The notes under the pieces were generated by a model. That model did not search any database and was not told where the DNA came from. It saw only the letters and a program-made list of their open reading frames with translations. A DNA stretch of 64,000 nt from Kiritimatiellia bacterium (lineage in GTDB: Bacteria; Verrucomicrobiota; Kiritimatiellia; RFP12; UBA1067): the NCBI GenBank assembly GCA_045617985.1, contig JAZLJP010000145.1, positions 1,075 through 65,074 on the forward strand. Reading direction: 5' to 3'. Below, piece by piece: positions 63,077-64,000 of the stretch. Position numbers and translations under genes: made by a program. Each line of letters opens with the position of its first letter. The stretch's first letter is position 1.

Positions 63077-64000
63077 GGTGCGGGGTGAACAAGAAGGGCA
63101 GCGCGCTCATCATGGCGATCTGGACGATTGCGGTTGTTTCCGTCTTGGTCATCAGTTTTGCCATGGAGGCGAAACTGCAGAGCGCGGCAAACGTGTACAT
63201 GCGCGAGCGCGTGCACATGGACCACCTCATCGATGCCGGGCGCGTGCTCGCCGAAATGGTGATCGCCAACCACCAGAAGGTGACGGACTATTCGGAAGAC
63301 GAAGACCTCGACGAGCTCCTCGAAGACGACCGCTGGATTCTCGAAAAGCGCCAGCTCAAGCAAACCGGCTCTTCGGCCACGATCGGGCCGATCGTGGTGG
63401 ACGAGAAGATCAAGGGCCGCGAAGGCTACCATAGCGGGCCCGTGGATACGTCGACGGACGAGCTTGTGGGCCGCGGCACGGTGACGGTGGAGATCGAGAG
63501 CGTGGGCGGCGGCGAAGGCGGCGGCCCGAAGTTCAACATCAACAACCTCTATCCTAAAGGGAACCCCCATTATGCGGAAATCTGGGAGAACATCCTCTAC
63601 TGGGCGGGCGTGCCGGAAGAGGATCATGAGTATTTCATGAACGCGTGGATCGACTGGCGCGACGACGACGACGTGAAGATGGGCGACTATGGCGATACGA
63701 ACAAGGACGGCAACGAGACGGAATACTACAAAGACCTCTGCGAGAAAAACGAAGAGGAAGTGTATAAGCCGCGCAACGGGCCGATTCCCGATTTGAAGGA
63801 ACTCGCGAAGATCGGCCCGTTCCGCGAACACCCGGGCCTTCTGACGGGCGGCGTGTACAACCCCGAGGCGAAGGAAGAGGACCAGATTGTGGTGTCGAAC
63901 ATCACCGAGGTGCTCACCGTGTTCGGCGGCGACAAGATCAACGTGAACCTCGCCTCGAAGGACGTGTTGATGTGCATCCCCGGCATCCGCTCGACGGATG
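63073..64000 (+). CDS. gspK: GspK-like minor pseudopilin, 5' part; the ORF runs off the window
   Basis: It is not in the ORF track because no stop falls in the window. ATG 63073 overlaps the stop of the previous gene. GSALIMAIWTIAVVSVLVISF; AWIDWRDDDD (GspK-type DW.D.D motif); INVNLASKDVLMCIPGI (HhH-like). Confidence 0.75.
   Translation, partial: MRCGVNKKGSALIMAIWTIAVVSVLVISFAMEAKLQSAANVYMRERVHMDHLIDAGRVLAEMVIANHQKVTDYSEDEDLDELLEDDRWILEKRQLKQTGSSATIGPIVVDEKIKGREGYHSGPVDTSTDELVGRGTVTVEIESVGGGEGGGPKFNINNLYPKGNPHYAEIWENILYWAGVPEEDHEYFMNAWIDWRDDDDVKMGDYGDTNKDGNETEYYKDLCEKNEEEVYKPRNGPIPDLKELAKIGPFREHPGLLTGGVYNPEAKEEDQIVVSNITEVLTVFGGDKINVNLASKDVLMCIPGIRSTD

Overview
This is a high-G+C bacterial chromosomal segment. 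Hand counts give 41/60 G+C at 12001-12060 and 23/60 at 10261-10320 inside a low-GC islet. GFTL(V/I)E pseudopilins, giant Calx-beta/PPC-type exoproteins and an ECF sigma factor coupled to a Ser/Thr kinase suggest a PVC-superphylum organism (inference only). Housekeeping content: lysC, a paaK-like ligase, valS, an etfBA-like pair, a parvulin PPIase, a BaiN-type flavoprotein, serA, and a T2SS operon fragment (gspF, gspG, three minor pseudopilins, gspK running off the 3' end). Accessory content, in order: (1) a ~5-kb lower-GC islet (6.7-11.7 kb) bracketed by two related hairpin elements in inverted orientation. It holds an internally deleted MmeI-family R-M gene, a 1075-aa protein with a C-terminal HExxHxxGxxD zincin domain interrupted in frame by a MITE-like palindrome, and a small exported partner. 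(2) A three-gene minus-strand operon encoding a KS-like, AT-like, DH-like and PPTase assembly. The KS, AT and DH catalytic residues all look substituted, while the Sfp-type PPTase motifs are intact. (3) A decay zone (25.5-28.3 kb) with an FGE-family fragment, a RAYT/IS200-like HUH gene carrying an in-frame 45-bp tandem repeat, an orphan Phd/YefM antitoxin, an inverted-repeat element and a gene frameshifted at a C5 run. (4) The best candidate for an undescribed system: a ~20-kb co-directional locus (33.0-53.8 kb) directly downstream of a translationally coupled Zn-ribbon/STK/ECF-sigma module. It encodes a nine-Cys small exoprotein, a SurA-like lipoprotein, four giant exoproteins sharing a C-terminal module, three thioredoxin-fold CxxC domains, a MauE/DoxX membrane domain and a metzincin. 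(5) An AT-rich intergenic region (53.8-55.1 kb) with two tandem copies of a promoter-plus-terminator-bounded ~100-nt candidate sRNA flanking three GGGACAGTCCC palindromes. I saw no rRNA, tRNA or CRISPR array. Most long antisense ORFs in the track are Arg/His/Gly-rich shadows of high-GC genes.
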